The notes beneath the pieces are model-generated. The model was not told the DNA's origin. It saw only the letters and a list, made by a program, of their open reading frames with translations, and made no database searches. A program made the translations under genes and the position numbers. Below, one piece after another: positions 54,327 through 64,000 of a stretch of 64,000 nt of DNA (positions are counted from its first letter, which is position 1; the number at the start of each line of letters is the position of its first letter). Origin of the DNA: Escherichia coli (lineage in GTDB: Bacteria; Pseudomonadota; Gammaproteobacteria; Enterobacterales; Enterobacteriaceae); assembly GCF_050920415.1 (NCBI RefSeq), contig NZ_CP169309.1. One strand, given 5' to 3'.

Positions 54327-55567
54327 TGAAAATAAAACAGGCCCTTTTTACCGCTGGCTACTCCTCATTCTATTTCGATGATCAGCAGGCGATAAAAAAC
54401 GGAGCGGGTCACGACGGCTTTTTTTATACCGGAGAGCCGGTAACACAGGGGTTTAACGCCGTACGTCAGGCCGGGGAGTGCGTTTCGGTTCAGTTGATTC
54501 TGGAAAACGGTGCGGTCGCCGTAGGCGACTGTGCTGCCGTACAGTATTCCGGGGCAGGCGGTCGCGATCCACTGTTCCTCGCAGAGCACTTTATTCCGTT
54601 CCTCAACGACCATATCAAGCCATTACTGGTAGGCCGCGATGTGGATGCTTTCCTGCCGAATGCCCGTTTCTTCGACAAATTGCGTATTGACGGAAACTTG
54701 CTGCATACCGCCGTACGTTATGGATTATCACAGGCGCTGCTTGATGCTACCGCGCTGGCAACCGGCCGTCTAAAAACTGAAGTGGTCTGTGATGAATGGC
54801 AGTTGCCACGCGTGGCGGAATCCATTCCATTATTTGGTCAGAGCGGAGACGATCGATATATCGCTGTCGATAAGATGATCCTTAAGGGCATCGACGTGCT
54901 ACCTCATGCGCTGATTAATAACGTCGAAGAGAAACTGGGCTTTAAAGGAGAAAAACTGCGCGAATATGTCCGTTGGCTATCCGATCGGATTCTAAGCAAA
55001 CGCACCAGCGCACGCTACCACCCTACCCTACACATCGATGTATACGGCACTATTGGTCTGATCTTCGATATGGATCCGCTTCGCTGTGCGCAATACATCG
55101 CCAGTCTGGAAAAAGAGGCGCAAGGCCTGCCGCTCTACATTGAGGGGCCGGTCGATGCCGGTAACAAGCCCGATCAAATCCGCCTGCTGACCGCGATTAC
55201 CAAAGAGCTGACGCGCCTCGGTTCCGGCGTGAAAATTGTGGCCGATGAATGGTGTAACACCTACCAGGATATTGTTGATTTCACTGATGCCGCCAGTTGC
55301 CACATGGTGCAAATCAAAACCCCGGATCTGGGCAGTATTCACAACATCGTCGATGCAGTTCTTTATTGCAACAGCCACAGCATGGAAGCGTACCAGGGCG
55401 GCACCTGCAATGAAACCGATGTCAGCGCCCGCACGTGTGTCCACGTCGCCCTTGCCGCTCGCCCCATGCGTATGCTGGTAAAACCGGGGATGGGCTTTGA
55501 CGAAGGCCTCGATATCGTCTTCAACGAAATGAATCGTACTATCGCGCTGTTGCAGGCTAAGGATTAA
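54326..55567 (+). CDS. mal: 3-methylaspartate ammonia-lyase (413 aa)
   Basis: Enolase-superfamily methylaspartase, N-terminus similar to clostridial MAL (MKIK...YFDDQ.AIK.GA). Confidence 0.85.
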   Translation: MKIKQALFTAGYSSFYFDDQQAIKNGAGHDGFFYTGEPVTQGFNAVRQAGECVSVQLILENGAVAVGDCAAVQYSGAGGRDPLFLAEHFIPFLNDHIKPLLVGRDVDAFLPNARFFDKLRIDGNLLHTAVRYGLSQALLDATALATGRLKTEVVCDEWQLPRVAESIPLFGQSGDDRYIAVDKMILKGIDVLPHALINNVEEKLGFKGEKLREYVRWLSDRILSKRTSARYHPTLHIDVYGTIGLIFDMDPLRCAQYIASLEKEAQGLPLYIEGPVDAGNKPDQIRLLTAITKELTRLGSGVKIVADEWCNTYQDIVDFTDAASCHMVQIKTPDLGSIHNIVDAVLYCNSHSMEAYQGGTCNETDVSARTCVHVALAARPMRMLVKPGMGFDEGLDIVFNEMNRTIALLQAKD

Positions 55568-55570
55568 CAA

Positions 55571-56941
55571 ATGGCTCGTTCTTTTAAAGTCTTATCGCCA
55601 ACGGCAATCCTCGGGTATGGATTCCCGGAAGAGAGCTTCCGCAAAGCGATGGCAGAATCGCCCGATCTGATCGCCGTTGATGCAGGATCTTCCGATCCAG
55701 GTCCCCACTACCTCGGGGCAGGCAAACCGTTTACCGATCGCGCAGGGGTCAAGCGCGATCTGCGCTATATGATCACCGCAGGCGTGCAAAATAATATACC
55801 GGTGGTGATCGGAACGGCCGGCGGTTCTGGTGCCGCTCCACACCTGGAGTGGTGCCGAGAAATAATTCATGAGATTGCCCGGGAAGAGCGCCTCGCGTTC
55901 TCGATGGCGCTGATCCCGGCAGACGTTGACAAAGCCATCGTCCACCAGGCGCTGGATAACGGCAAAATCACGGCGCTGGATTTTGTCCCGCCGTTAACCC
56001 ACGACTCGATTGACGAAAGTACGTATATCGTCGCGCAAATGGGCATCGAACCCTTCCAGCGGGCGCTGAAAGAAGGAGCGCAAGTGGTGCTGGGCGGGCG
56101 CGCTTACGACCCGGCCTGCTTTGCTGCGCTTCCGATCATGCAAGGCTTTGATGAAGGTCTGGCACTGCATTGTGGGAAAATCCTTGAATGTGCGGCAATC
56201 GCTGCAACACCCGGCTCAGGCTCTGACTGTGCGATGGGCATCATTGATGACAACGGCTTTACGCTGAAGACGTTTAATCCGAAGCGTAAATTTACCGAAA
56301 CGTCAGCTGCTGCACACACACTGTATGAGAAATCCGATCCCTACTTTCTGCCAGGACCTGGCGGCGTGCTAAACCTGAAAGGTTGCACATTTAAAGCGAT
56401 CAATGATGGCGAAGTGTACGTCAGCGGTTCTAAGCATGAAGAAACGCCCTATGCCCTGAAACTGGAAGGTGCGCGGCGGGTGGGTTTCCGCTGTTTGACC
56501 ATCGCCGGAACGCGCGACCCGATCATGATCGCCGGGATCGATAACATCATCGATGAAGTCAAAACCAGCGTTTCGCGTAATCTGTCCTTAGACGATGACA
56601 GCATTCGCATCAATTTCCACCTGTACGGCAAAAACGGGGTGATGGGTGACCATGAACCGATGCAAACTGCCGGGCATGAGCTGGGGATTGTCCTTGATGT
56701 AGTTGCACCGACCCAGGAAATTGCCAACAGCGTTTGCTCGCTGGTGCGCTCTACCATGCTGCACTACGGCTATGAAAACCGCATCGCTACCGCAGGCAAC
56801 CTGGCGTTCCCGTTCTCCCCTTCTGATATCCAGGGCGGGCCGGTATACGAATTTTCCATATATCACCTGATTGAAGCCAACGACGCTCTGCGTTTTGATT
56901 TCCATATTGAACAGGTGACGCCAGAAGGAGTTCAGGCATGA
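55571..56941 (+). CDS. Conserved hypothetical protein, DUF1446 (AtuA N-terminal-like) family (456 aa)
   Basis: Family assignment from memory of the AtuA-like fold; no catalytic motif identified. Confidence 0.5.
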   Translation: MARSFKVLSPTAILGYGFPEESFRKAMAESPDLIAVDAGSSDPGPHYLGAGKPFTDRAGVKRDLRYMITAGVQNNIPVVIGTAGGSGAAPHLEWCREIIHEIAREERLAFSMALIPADVDKAIVHQALDNGKITALDFVPPLTHDSIDESTYIVAQMGIEPFQRALKEGAQVVLGGRAYDPACFAALPIMQGFDEGLALHCGKILECAAIAATPGSGSDCAMGIIDDNGFTLKTFNPKRKFTETSAAAHTLYEKSDPYFLPGPGGVLNLKGCTFKAINDGEVYVSGSKHEETPYALKLEGARRVGFRCLTIAGTRDPIMIAGIDNIIDEVKTSVSRNLSLDDDSIRINFHLYGKNGVMGDHEPMQTAGHELGIVLDVVAPTQEIANSVCSLVRSTMLHYGYENRIATAGNLAFPFSPSDIQGGPVYEFSIYHLIEANDALRFDFHIEQVTPEGVQA

Positions 56942-57255
56942 AACAGTCAATTGTCTCACTGGCGCAAGTCATTCGTTCGAAAAATGCCGGACCTTACGAA
57001 CTGGTTTTAGATATTTTATTTAAAACGAAAGAAAACTATGAGCGAGTAAAATCATCAGGGCAATTAACCCCAGAACTGATTGCGCGCTTATATCATGTTG
57101 AACCTGACTTTATTCATCGTATTGTCTGGTTTGATCCTTCTAACGCAGTAAAAATTGTCATGCCACGAGATATTATCTCCGGGAATGTAGGTGACAATGA
57201 TGTCTATGGCGCACAGCAACATGCACCTTTATTAAATATGAGTTTCGATTTGTAA
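56938..57255 (+). CDS. Small partner protein, DUF4387-like (105 aa), translationally coupled to the preceding gene
   Basis: ATGA stop/start overlap with 55571-56941. Confidence 0.45.
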   Translation: MKQSIVSLAQVIRSKNAGPYELVLDILFKTKENYERVKSSGQLTPELIARLYHVEPDFIHRIVWFDPSNAVKIVMPRDIISGNVGDNDVYGAQQHAPLLNMSFDL

Positions 57256-57415
57256 AAATCCGAACACTTTTAGCCAACTGACATCCCGTCACTTATTGCA
57301 GCTCAACACTTCAGCTATTTGTAAGGTTGTTATAGCAGGTAGATGCCTGAATCTCTATTCAGGCATCCACTTCTCCTGATTCTGATTTATCGCCGTGCAC
57401 CTGATGGAGGAAAAA

Positions 57416-58696
57416 ATGAAGAAAATAAGTTTAACTACGATGATTCTTTTGGCGCTGGTACTTGGAATGATTATCGGCGTAGTGCTCAATAACACTGCTT
57501 CACCGGAAACAGCAAAACTCTATGCGCAAGAAATATCGATATTCACGACGATTTTCTTACGACTGATAAAAATGATTATCGCTCCGTTAGTGGTCTCTAC
57601 CCTGGTGGTAGGTATTGCTAAAATGGGCGATGCCAAAGCCCTTGGTCGTATTTTTTCTAAAACACTCTTTTTATTTATTTGCGCCTCATTGCTGTCAATT
57701 GCCTTAGGCTTGATAACGGTAAATTTCTTCATGCCAGGCACAGGAATTAATTTTGTTGCACACGGTGCCGAAACCACCGGAGTGGTCGCGTCAGAACCCT
57801 TTACACTAAAAGTATTTATTTCGCATGCTTTCCCCACCAGCATTGTCGATGCCATGGCGCACAATGAAATTTTGCAAATCGTGGTGTTCTCAATTTTCCT
57901 CGGCTGTAGCCTGACGGCGATTGGTGAGAAAGGCAGCGCCATCGTTCACGCCTTAGATTCGCTGGCACATGCCATGTTAAAGCTCACTGGCTACGTCATG
58001 CTCTTCGCTCCCCTGACCGTATTCGCCGCTATTTCAGCATTGATTGCTGAACGAGGACTGGCAGTTATGGTGAGCGCCGGGATCTTTATGGGTGAATTTT
58101 ATTTCACCATGTTATTACTTTGGGTGCTGCTTATCGGTCTGGCCATCGTTTATGTCGGCCCCTGCATCAGACGCCTGACCCGCGCCCTTTCAGAACCCGC
58201 CCTGCTGGCATTTACCACATCCAGTTCTGAAGCTGCTTTTCCGGGAACGCTTGAAAAACTGGAGCAATTTGGCGTTTCCCCCAAAATTGCCAGCTTTGTC
58301 TTACCCATTGGCTACTCATTTAATCTCGTTGGATCAATGGCCTACTGCTCCTTCGCCACAGTTTTCATCGCCCAGGCCTGCAATATCCATTTATCCATCG
58401 GTGAGCAAATCACCATGCTGTTGATCCTGATGTTGACCTCGAAAGGAATGGCTGGCGTACCACGCGCCTCAATGGTGGTTATCGCCGCCACGCTCAACCA
58501 GTTCAATATTCCGGAAGCGGGGCTGATCTTGCTGATGGGCGTTGATCCGTTCCTTGATATGGGGCGTTCCGCGACAAACGTCATGAGCAACGCAATGGGC
58601 GCTGCGATGGTGAGTCGGTGGGAAGGCGAACATTTCGGCGAGGGTTGTCGGGGTAAAGCATTAAAACCCAATGAATCGAACGTTGCTCTGCCCTGA
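57416..58696 (+). CDS. Dicarboxylate/amino acid:cation symporter (GltP/DctA-like; 426 aa from MKKISL)
   Basis: DAACS-family TM topology and conserved motifs; GGAGGA RBS before ATG 57416. Confidence 0.8.
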   Translation: MKKISLTTMILLALVLGMIIGVVLNNTASPETAKLYAQEISIFTTIFLRLIKMIIAPLVVSTLVVGIAKMGDAKALGRIFSKTLFLFICASLLSIALGLITVNFFMPGTGINFVAHGAETTGVVASEPFTLKVFISHAFPTSIVDAMAHNEILQIVVFSIFLGCSLTAIGEKGSAIVHALDSLAHAMLKLTGYVMLFAPLTVFAAISALIAERGLAVMVSAGIFMGEFYFTMLLLWVLLIGLAIVYVGPCIRRLTRALSEPALLAFTTSSSEAAFPGTLEKLEQFGVSPKIASFVLPIGYSFNLVGSMAYCSFATVFIAQACNIHLSIGEQITMLLILMLTSKGMAGVPRASMVVIAATLNQFNIPEAGLILLMGVDPFLDMGRSATNVMSNAMGAAMVSRWEGEHFGEGCRGKALKPNESNVALP

Positions 58697-58803
58697 GGGG
58701 GATCTTAAGCAATCAGAAGCCAATGACTACGCATTTTTATAAGCCGGATCATGAAGTTAGACGGCAATTAAGTAACACTAACGTTTAAGGTGAAAAGTGA
58801 AAT

Positions 58804-60456
58804 ATGTCCAAACCATTTATCTGGCAAGAACCGTTTCTACAAAATAAAGACGGTACAGAATATACATTAATTAGCGATCAACATATTACAGTAACGGAAT
58901 TAGACGGCGAAGAAGTGATAAAAATCGCTCCTGAAGCATTAACGCTGCTTGCCCGGCAGGCATTTTATGAAGCCTCTTTTTTCTTACGTTCCGCTCATTT
59001 GCAACAGGTCGCCAGCATTCTTAGCGATCCGCAGGCCAGTAGTAATGATAAATACGTTGCGTTGCAGTTATTACGTAATGCTGAAGTCTCAGCAAAAGGG
59101 GTATTACCCAACTGTCAGGATACCGGCACCGCAACTATTGTTGCCAGTAAAGGGCAACAGATATGGACGGGAGGTAACGACGCTGAAGCCTTAAGCAAAG
59201 GCATTTACAGTACTTTCCAGGAAAATAATCTGCGCTTTTCACAAAATGCGCCGCTGGATATGTATACCGAAGTCAATACGCAAACCAATCTCCCGGCGCA
59301 GATTGATATCAGCGCTGTCGCTGGTAATGAGTACCATTTTCTCTGTGTTAATAAAGGGGGCGGCTCCGCCAATAAAGCCGCGCTTTATCAGGAAACCAAA
59401 TCCTTATTGCAACCAGAAAAACTGACCGCGTTTTTAATCGACAAAATGAAATCGTTGGGCACGGCCGCCTGCCCGCCCTACCACATCGCCTTTGTCATCG
59501 GAGGGCTTTCAGCCGATCAAACCTTAAAAGTTGCCAAGCTGGCCTCTACGAAATATTACGACAATTTGCCCACCAGCGGAAACGAGCAGGGACAAGCATT
59601 CCGTGATATTGAGCTGGAAAAAGCGTTGCTCGAAGCCAGTCAGCAATTTGGTATTGGTGCGCAATTTGGGGGTAAATATTTCGCTCATGATATTCGCGTC
59701 ATTCGTCTGCCGCGTCACGGTGGCTCTTGCCCGATAGCTATGGCGCTCTCCTGTTCTGCCGATCGCAATATCAAAGCAAAAATTAACAAGCACGGTATCT
59801 GGCTGGAAAAACTCGAACACAATCCGGGGCAATATATTCCAGCCTCATTGCGGGAAGAAAATCACGCGCAACATGTACACCTGGATCTAAACCGTCCGTT
59901 GCGTGACGTGATGCAGGATCTCGCCAGATTACCGGTAGGTACCCGCGTGTCGTTAAGTGGTCCCATCGTAGTGGCGCGCGATATCGCCCACGCAAAAATA
60001 AAAGCGCGGCTGGATAGCGGCGAATCGATGCCGGATTACCTGAAGCATCATATTGTCTATTACGCTGGCCCGGCGAAAACACCGGAGAACATGGCCTGCG
60101 GTTCACTGGGTCCAACCACGGGCGGTCGAATGGACGGTTATGTCGAAACCTTCCAGGCGGCTGGCGGCAGTCTGGTAATGTTATCGAAAGGTAACCGCAG
60201 CCAGCAGGTCACCGATGCCTGTCACAAACATGGCGGCTTCAATCTGGGAAGTATTGGCGGTGCAGCTGCGTTACTGGCGCAAGAATATGTCAAAAGTCTG
60301 CGTTGCCTGGAATACCCGGAGCTGGGTATGGAGGCGGTGTGGATGATGGAAGTGGAAAATCTGCCCGCATTCATCCTGGTCGATGATAAAGGCAATAATT
60401 TCTTTAGTCAGTTTGAGCAGCAACACCGCTGCGCCAGTTGCCCTGCGGGACATTAA
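58804..60456 (+). CDS. fumD: Class I (Fe-S) fumarate hydratase paralogue, mesaconase/fumarase FumD (550 aa)
   Basis: FumA/FumB-family length and motifs; clustered with glutamate mutase and methylaspartase. Confidence 0.8.
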   Translation: MSKPFIWQEPFLQNKDGTEYTLISDQHITVTELDGEEVIKIAPEALTLLARQAFYEASFFLRSAHLQQVASILSDPQASSNDKYVALQLLRNAEVSAKGVLPNCQDTGTATIVASKGQQIWTGGNDAEALSKGIYSTFQENNLRFSQNAPLDMYTEVNTQTNLPAQIDISAVAGNEYHFLCVNKGGGSANKAALYQETKSLLQPEKLTAFLIDKMKSLGTAACPPYHIAFVIGGLSADQTLKVAKLASTKYYDNLPTSGNEQGQAFRDIELEKALLEASQQFGIGAQFGGKYFAHDIRVIRLPRHGGSCPIAMALSCSADRNIKAKINKHGIWLEKLEHNPGQYIPASLREENHAQHVHLDLNRPLRDVMQDLARLPVGTRVSLSGPIVVARDIAHAKIKARLDSGESMPDYLKHHIVYYAGPAKTPENMACGSLGPTTGGRMDGYVETFQAAGGSLVMLSKGNRSQQVTDACHKHGGFNLGSIGGAAALLAQEYVKSLRCLEYPELGMEAVWMMEVENLPAFILVDDKGNNFFSQFEQQHRCASCPAGH

Positions 60457-60465
60457 GGAAAATGA

Positions 60466-61068
60466 ATGGAAGCGCGAATTTCAACTGAACGGCATGTGCA
60501 GCGCCAGCAGAAATTGAAGGAACAGGTCGATACGCGCGTCGCGGCGGCGATAGAGAAAAAAGGGATCTTGATTGTTTTCACCGGCAACGGCAAAGGGAAA
60601 TCCACTGCCGCGTTTGGTACTGTGACGCGCGCGGTGGGTCATGGCAAAACGGTGGGGGTTGCACAGTACATCAAGGGGCAATGGGACAACGGCGAATACA
60701 ACCTTCTCCAGCCGCTGGGGGTTGAGTTTCATATTATGGGAACCGGTTTTACCTGGGAGACTCAGAACCGGCAAGCGGATATCGATGCGGCGAAAGAGGT
60801 CTGGTCGGAAAGCAAACGGATGCTGGCTGACAAGCGTTACGACTTAGTGGTGCTTGATGAGCTCACCTATATGCTGGCTTACCATTATCTGGATACAGAA
60901 GAAGTGATCACTTCTCTGCAAAACCGTCCGGCACAACAAAGTGTCATTGTCACCGGACGCGGTTGCCACAGTCAGATATTAAAAATGGCGGATACGGTAA
61001 GTGAAATCCGCCCCGTCAAACATGCTTTTGATAACGGCATTCAGGCCCAGCCGGGGATCGACTGGTAA
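60466..61068 (+). CDS. Cob(I)alamin adenosyltransferase, BtuR/CobA family (200 aa)
   Basis: Strong similarity to E. coli BtuR (IIVFTGNGKGKSTAAFG...VVLDELTYM...TGRGC...VKHAFD.G..AQ.GID). Confidence 0.85.
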   Translation: MEARISTERHVQRQQKLKEQVDTRVAAAIEKKGILIVFTGNGKGKSTAAFGTVTRAVGHGKTVGVAQYIKGQWDNGEYNLLQPLGVEFHIMGTGFTWETQNRQADIDAAKEVWSESKRMLADKRYDLVVLDELTYMLAYHYLDTEEVITSLQNRPAQQSVIVTGRGCHSQILKMADTVSEIRPVKHAFDNGIQAQPGIDW

Positions 61069-61101
61069 TAACTGCGCCTGGCATCCCGCCAGGCGCAGGT
61101 T

Positions 61102-62007
61102 TTACATCTCCTGCGGTACGACCGATTTCGCCAGCAACCATTCACGAAATTGCTGCAAGTGCGGAGAGTCAGACTTCTCTTCCTGCCACGTCATAATAAA
61201 ACGATTACCGGTACGAATAGGCACATCACAGGGGATCACCATATCGCCACTATCCAAATCATGTTGAATAGCGAACCGTGGTAACAGCGCCACGCCGAGA
61301 TTAGAGCGCACGGCGGCAATCAGCATTGAAAGCAAATCGAAACGTGGTCCGTTATTGACCAGCGGACTGCTAACGCCAGATAAAGCAAACCACTCTTCCC
61401 AGCCAGTAATACGGGTGCTTTGATGCAGAAGTGGTAACTCAGTAAGCAGTTCTGCCACTGACAGTTTTTGATCGGACATTGCAAGCAAACTGCCGCTGCA
61501 TACCGGCAAAATCTCCTCTTCAAAGAGATATTCTACTTCCGCCCAGGGCGCGCAAAAATTTTCGCGCATAATGACAGCATCGTACTCCCGATTAAGAAAA
61601 TCGCCGTTATTAGCTAAAGAATGAATATTAACAATAATATCGGGATGTAACTTTGTGAATTCATGTAAATTTGGGATTAACCAGTGGGTACTAAACGTAG
61701 GATTAACGGCAAGTTCAATAACCTGAACCGTAGGCTGCCAGGTCATAATCGTATTGGTATCGCGTTCCAGCTTATTTAATGTTTCTTTTACTATCCCCAG
61801 GTAATACTTCCCTGCATCATTAAGAAAAATGCGTTTTTTAGAGTGTGAAAATAACGGAGTATGTAAAAATTCCTCCAGCGCACTTACTTGTCTGAATACA
61901 GCACTTTGGGTTAACGCTAACTCCTCAGCCGCTCTGGTATAACTTTCATGTCGTGCGACGACCTCAAAAGTCACCAGCAGCTCCGTTTTAGGTATTTTTC
62001 CTCGCAT
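61102..62007 (-). CDS. LysR-family transcriptional regulator (about 301 aa from MRGKIPKT)
   Basis: N-terminal LysR HTH (ELALTQSAVFRQVSALEEFL); divergent from the downstream rtcB-like gene. Confidence 0.8.
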   Translation of the reverse strand: MRGKIPKTELLVTFEVVARHESYTRAAEELALTQSAVFRQVSALEEFLHTPLFSHSKKRIFLNDAGKYYLGIVKETLNKLERDTNTIMTWQPTVQVIELAVNPTFSTHWLIPNLHEFTKLHPDIIVNIHSLANNGDFLNREYDAVIMRENFCAPWAEVEYLFEEEILPVCSGSLLAMSDQKLSVAELLTELPLLHQSTRITGWEEWFALSGVSSPLVNNGPRFDLLSMLIAAVRSNLGVALLPRFAIQHDLDSGDMVIPCDVPIRTGNRFIMTWQEEKSDSPHLQQFREWLLAKSVVPQEM

Positions 62008-62221
62008 AATGCCGTCCGTGAAAAAATAACAACTCAAAAATTATTTTATAAAAAACAGTAGCACTAATGAATATCATAATTCAAATAAACAAACCAGTCA
62101 GCTATATGTCTAACCAGGAAAATAAAGTGACAATAATCCTAAAACAGGAATTTCACCTCAGTTATCCGCATGCAATACTTTAAAGCTATTATTGCAAGAA
62201 TATTATTCATATACATGAATA

Positions 62222-62345
62222 TACTCTAAATAAGTCAAGTTGCAGGAAGGGAACAAATAATGAATTTCCAGAAGCTTACATAAGTAAGTGACCTGGGTGA
62301 GCGAACATCGATGCAGCACATGCAACTTGAATTATGACAAGTATA
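62222..62345. repeat. ERIC/IRU intergenic repeat (second copy)
   Basis: Near-identical to 16341-16465 incl. AAGTAAGTGACCTGGGTGAGCG. Confidence 0.8.
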
Positions 62346-62596
62346 CAATGATAAATTTATATACCCTATGTTATATATTATCTATGTCCGGTTAAATTGA
62401 ATGAGTCATAGCCTTAAAAGACTTCACAAAAGATAATTCCTCTTTAACAATAAGCCAGATTTACCACTTGTAAAACTTGCTATCGCCACATACACTACGC
62501 GCGTTTTCTTTCCCTTTTGCTGGCTGCTGACCGGAAAGACAAAATTACCCTCGCAATACAGGGGGTTGTTTAACGTCTATATTTCAGGACAGCGTT

Positions 62597-63994
62597 ATGC
62601 ATCATCTTTTAAGGCTTGATAAAGCCTTTCTGCGCAAAGGGATCCAACTTTCCCGTGCCAACAATATTGTTTCATTATGTCGTCCATCAGGAGCCAGTGC
62701 CCGCGTACTGCTGCCGGACGAACTGCCGCTGGAAGAAAAAGCAGTGACACAACTGCTTGATTTTGCAGAAGTGAAGATACCAGGCCATCCAGGTTACGTA
62801 CGCCAGACGTGCGCGACGCCAGATTTTCATCCCGGCAATGGCGTCCCCGTTGGCGCGGTGGTGGCCTCAACGCCGGATTTAGTCATTCCCGCCGCCATCG
62901 GCACCGATATTTCTTGTGGCATGCGGCTGCTGACGACCGGATTAACACTTGAGCAAGCCGAAGCGCATAAAGACGTCATCGCTCAGCGGTTAACGCAAGT
63001 GCTACTGCAAAATGAGCGCGATGTTCCGTTATCCGCACAGGCGTTCACCGCGCTTTTTGATGGCGGACCGGCAGATTGCGTGTCGACCTTGCCATCAGCA
63101 GGTCTCTGGACACGCACGAATATCCCCCGAATGGTACAAGAGATTGACCGCTGCATTGGGCTTAACGAGCATAACAGTCATTCGCGTTATGCCCCACCCG
63201 CCCTGCTGGCAACGGACCGCGCATTACTCCGCGATCCTTGTCTGGGTACGCCGGGTTCAGGTAATCATTTTATTGAACTTCAGGTCGTTGATAGCGTGGT
63301 TGATCGCCATGTAGCCTGGCAACAAGGGCTGAAAACAGGCGATATTGTGGTGATGATCCACAGTGGATCGCGAGATGTTGGCTTTTACGTCGGAAGACGC
63401 TGGATGGATCGCGCCCGTGCTGAATGGCCCACCGGACATAAACATCCACAAAGCGGGTTATATGGTCTGGCAGGCGGACTGGCGGAGGAATATCTACAAG
63501 CGATAGGAATGGCGGCGCGTTACGCGTGGTTAAATCGCGTGACAATTGCCGAAATGGTGCGCGTATGTCTTGCCAATCTCTTTCATCAGGACAATTCGCA
63601 TCTGGTGGTGGATGTGCCACATAACATCATCCTTCGCGAGCATGAAATGAATATTCATCGCAAAGGCGCAACACCGGCACGAGTGGGCAATCTGGCGTTA
63701 ATCCCTGGTTCAATGGGCGATTATTCGTGGCTTGCGGTAGGTTGCGGCAACCCGGAGTGGCTGTGGTCATGCAGTCACGGAGCAGGACGCAGCCAGCGTC
63801 GGCAGGCCATGCGCTCACGCGCGACTGAAGAGTCAACGCTGCCGTGGCAATGCGTCACATTGCGCGAAGAACGACGTCTTGAAGAAGCGCCAGCGGCTTA
63901 TAAAGATATTGGTCCGGTTATCGAAGCTCAACAAGAAGCCGGATTAATTCAGCCAGCGGTCAGATTTCGACCGTGGTTAACGTTTAAAGCATAA
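62597..63994 (+). CDS. RtcB-family RNA ligase paralogue (465 aa)
   Basis: RtcB motifs GSGNHF, HSGSRDVG, SCSHGAGR. Confidence 0.75.
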   Translation: MHHLLRLDKAFLRKGIQLSRANNIVSLCRPSGASARVLLPDELPLEEKAVTQLLDFAEVKIPGHPGYVRQTCATPDFHPGNGVPVGAVVASTPDLVIPAAIGTDISCGMRLLTTGLTLEQAEAHKDVIAQRLTQVLLQNERDVPLSAQAFTALFDGGPADCVSTLPSAGLWTRTNIPRMVQEIDRCIGLNEHNSHSRYAPPALLATDRALLRDPCLGTPGSGNHFIELQVVDSVVDRHVAWQQGLKTGDIVVMIHSGSRDVGFYVGRRWMDRARAEWPTGHKHPQSGLYGLAGGLAEEYLQAIGMAARYAWLNRVTIAEMVRVCLANLFHQDNSHLVVDVPHNIILREHEMNIHRKGATPARVGNLALIPGSMGDYSWLAVGCGNPEWLWSCSHGAGRSQRRQAMRSRATEESTLPWQCVTLREERRLEEAPAAYKDIGPVIEAQQEAGLIQPAVRFRPWLTFKA

Positions 63995-64000
63995 AAAAGG

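Overview
Enterobacterial (Escherichia coli-like) chromosome, read in the opposite orientation to the K-12 map, with three accessory segments embedded in conserved backbone. (1) 1-12558: the integrase-proximal arm of a lambdoid prophage at the lambda attachment site. It runs nutR, cro, OR, cI, a rex-position moron, OL/pL, nutL, N, an IS629-interrupted early-left operon (cIII, kil, Rad52-like annealase, SSB, HNH, Ea22-like and DUF551-like genes), then lambda-type xis, int and attL. (2) 12604-48235: conserved backbone ybhC-ybhJ-ybhI-ybhH-ybhD-pgl-ybhA-modCBA-acrZ-modEF-galETKM-gpmA-aroG-ybgS-zitB-pnuC-nadA, the seven-gene lysT tRNA operon, cpoB-pal-tolBARQ-ybgC-ybgE-cydX-cydBA, with recognisable GalR, ModE, Fur, TyrR, NadR and FNR sites. 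(3) 49036-64000: an island absent from K-12 at this position, holding two AT-rich unknown genes, a methylaspartate-pathway glutamate fermentation cluster (glutamate mutase S/L/E, methylaspartate ammonia-lyase, a DUF1446/DUF4387-like gene pair, a DAACS transporter, class I fumarase FumD, a second cobalamin adenosyltransferase), a LysR regulator and an RtcB paralogue at the window edge. IS629 plus the fumD cluster suggest an O157:H7-like EHEC background, but that is inference. The best candidates for an undescribed system are the lysogen-expressed membrane moron after cI (1148-1444), the unknown gene after N (2193-2663), the AT-rich gene pair at 49036-50482, and the translationally coupled DUF1446/DUF4387-like pair inside the fermentation island (55571-57255). 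All homology calls are from reading the translations, not from database searches.
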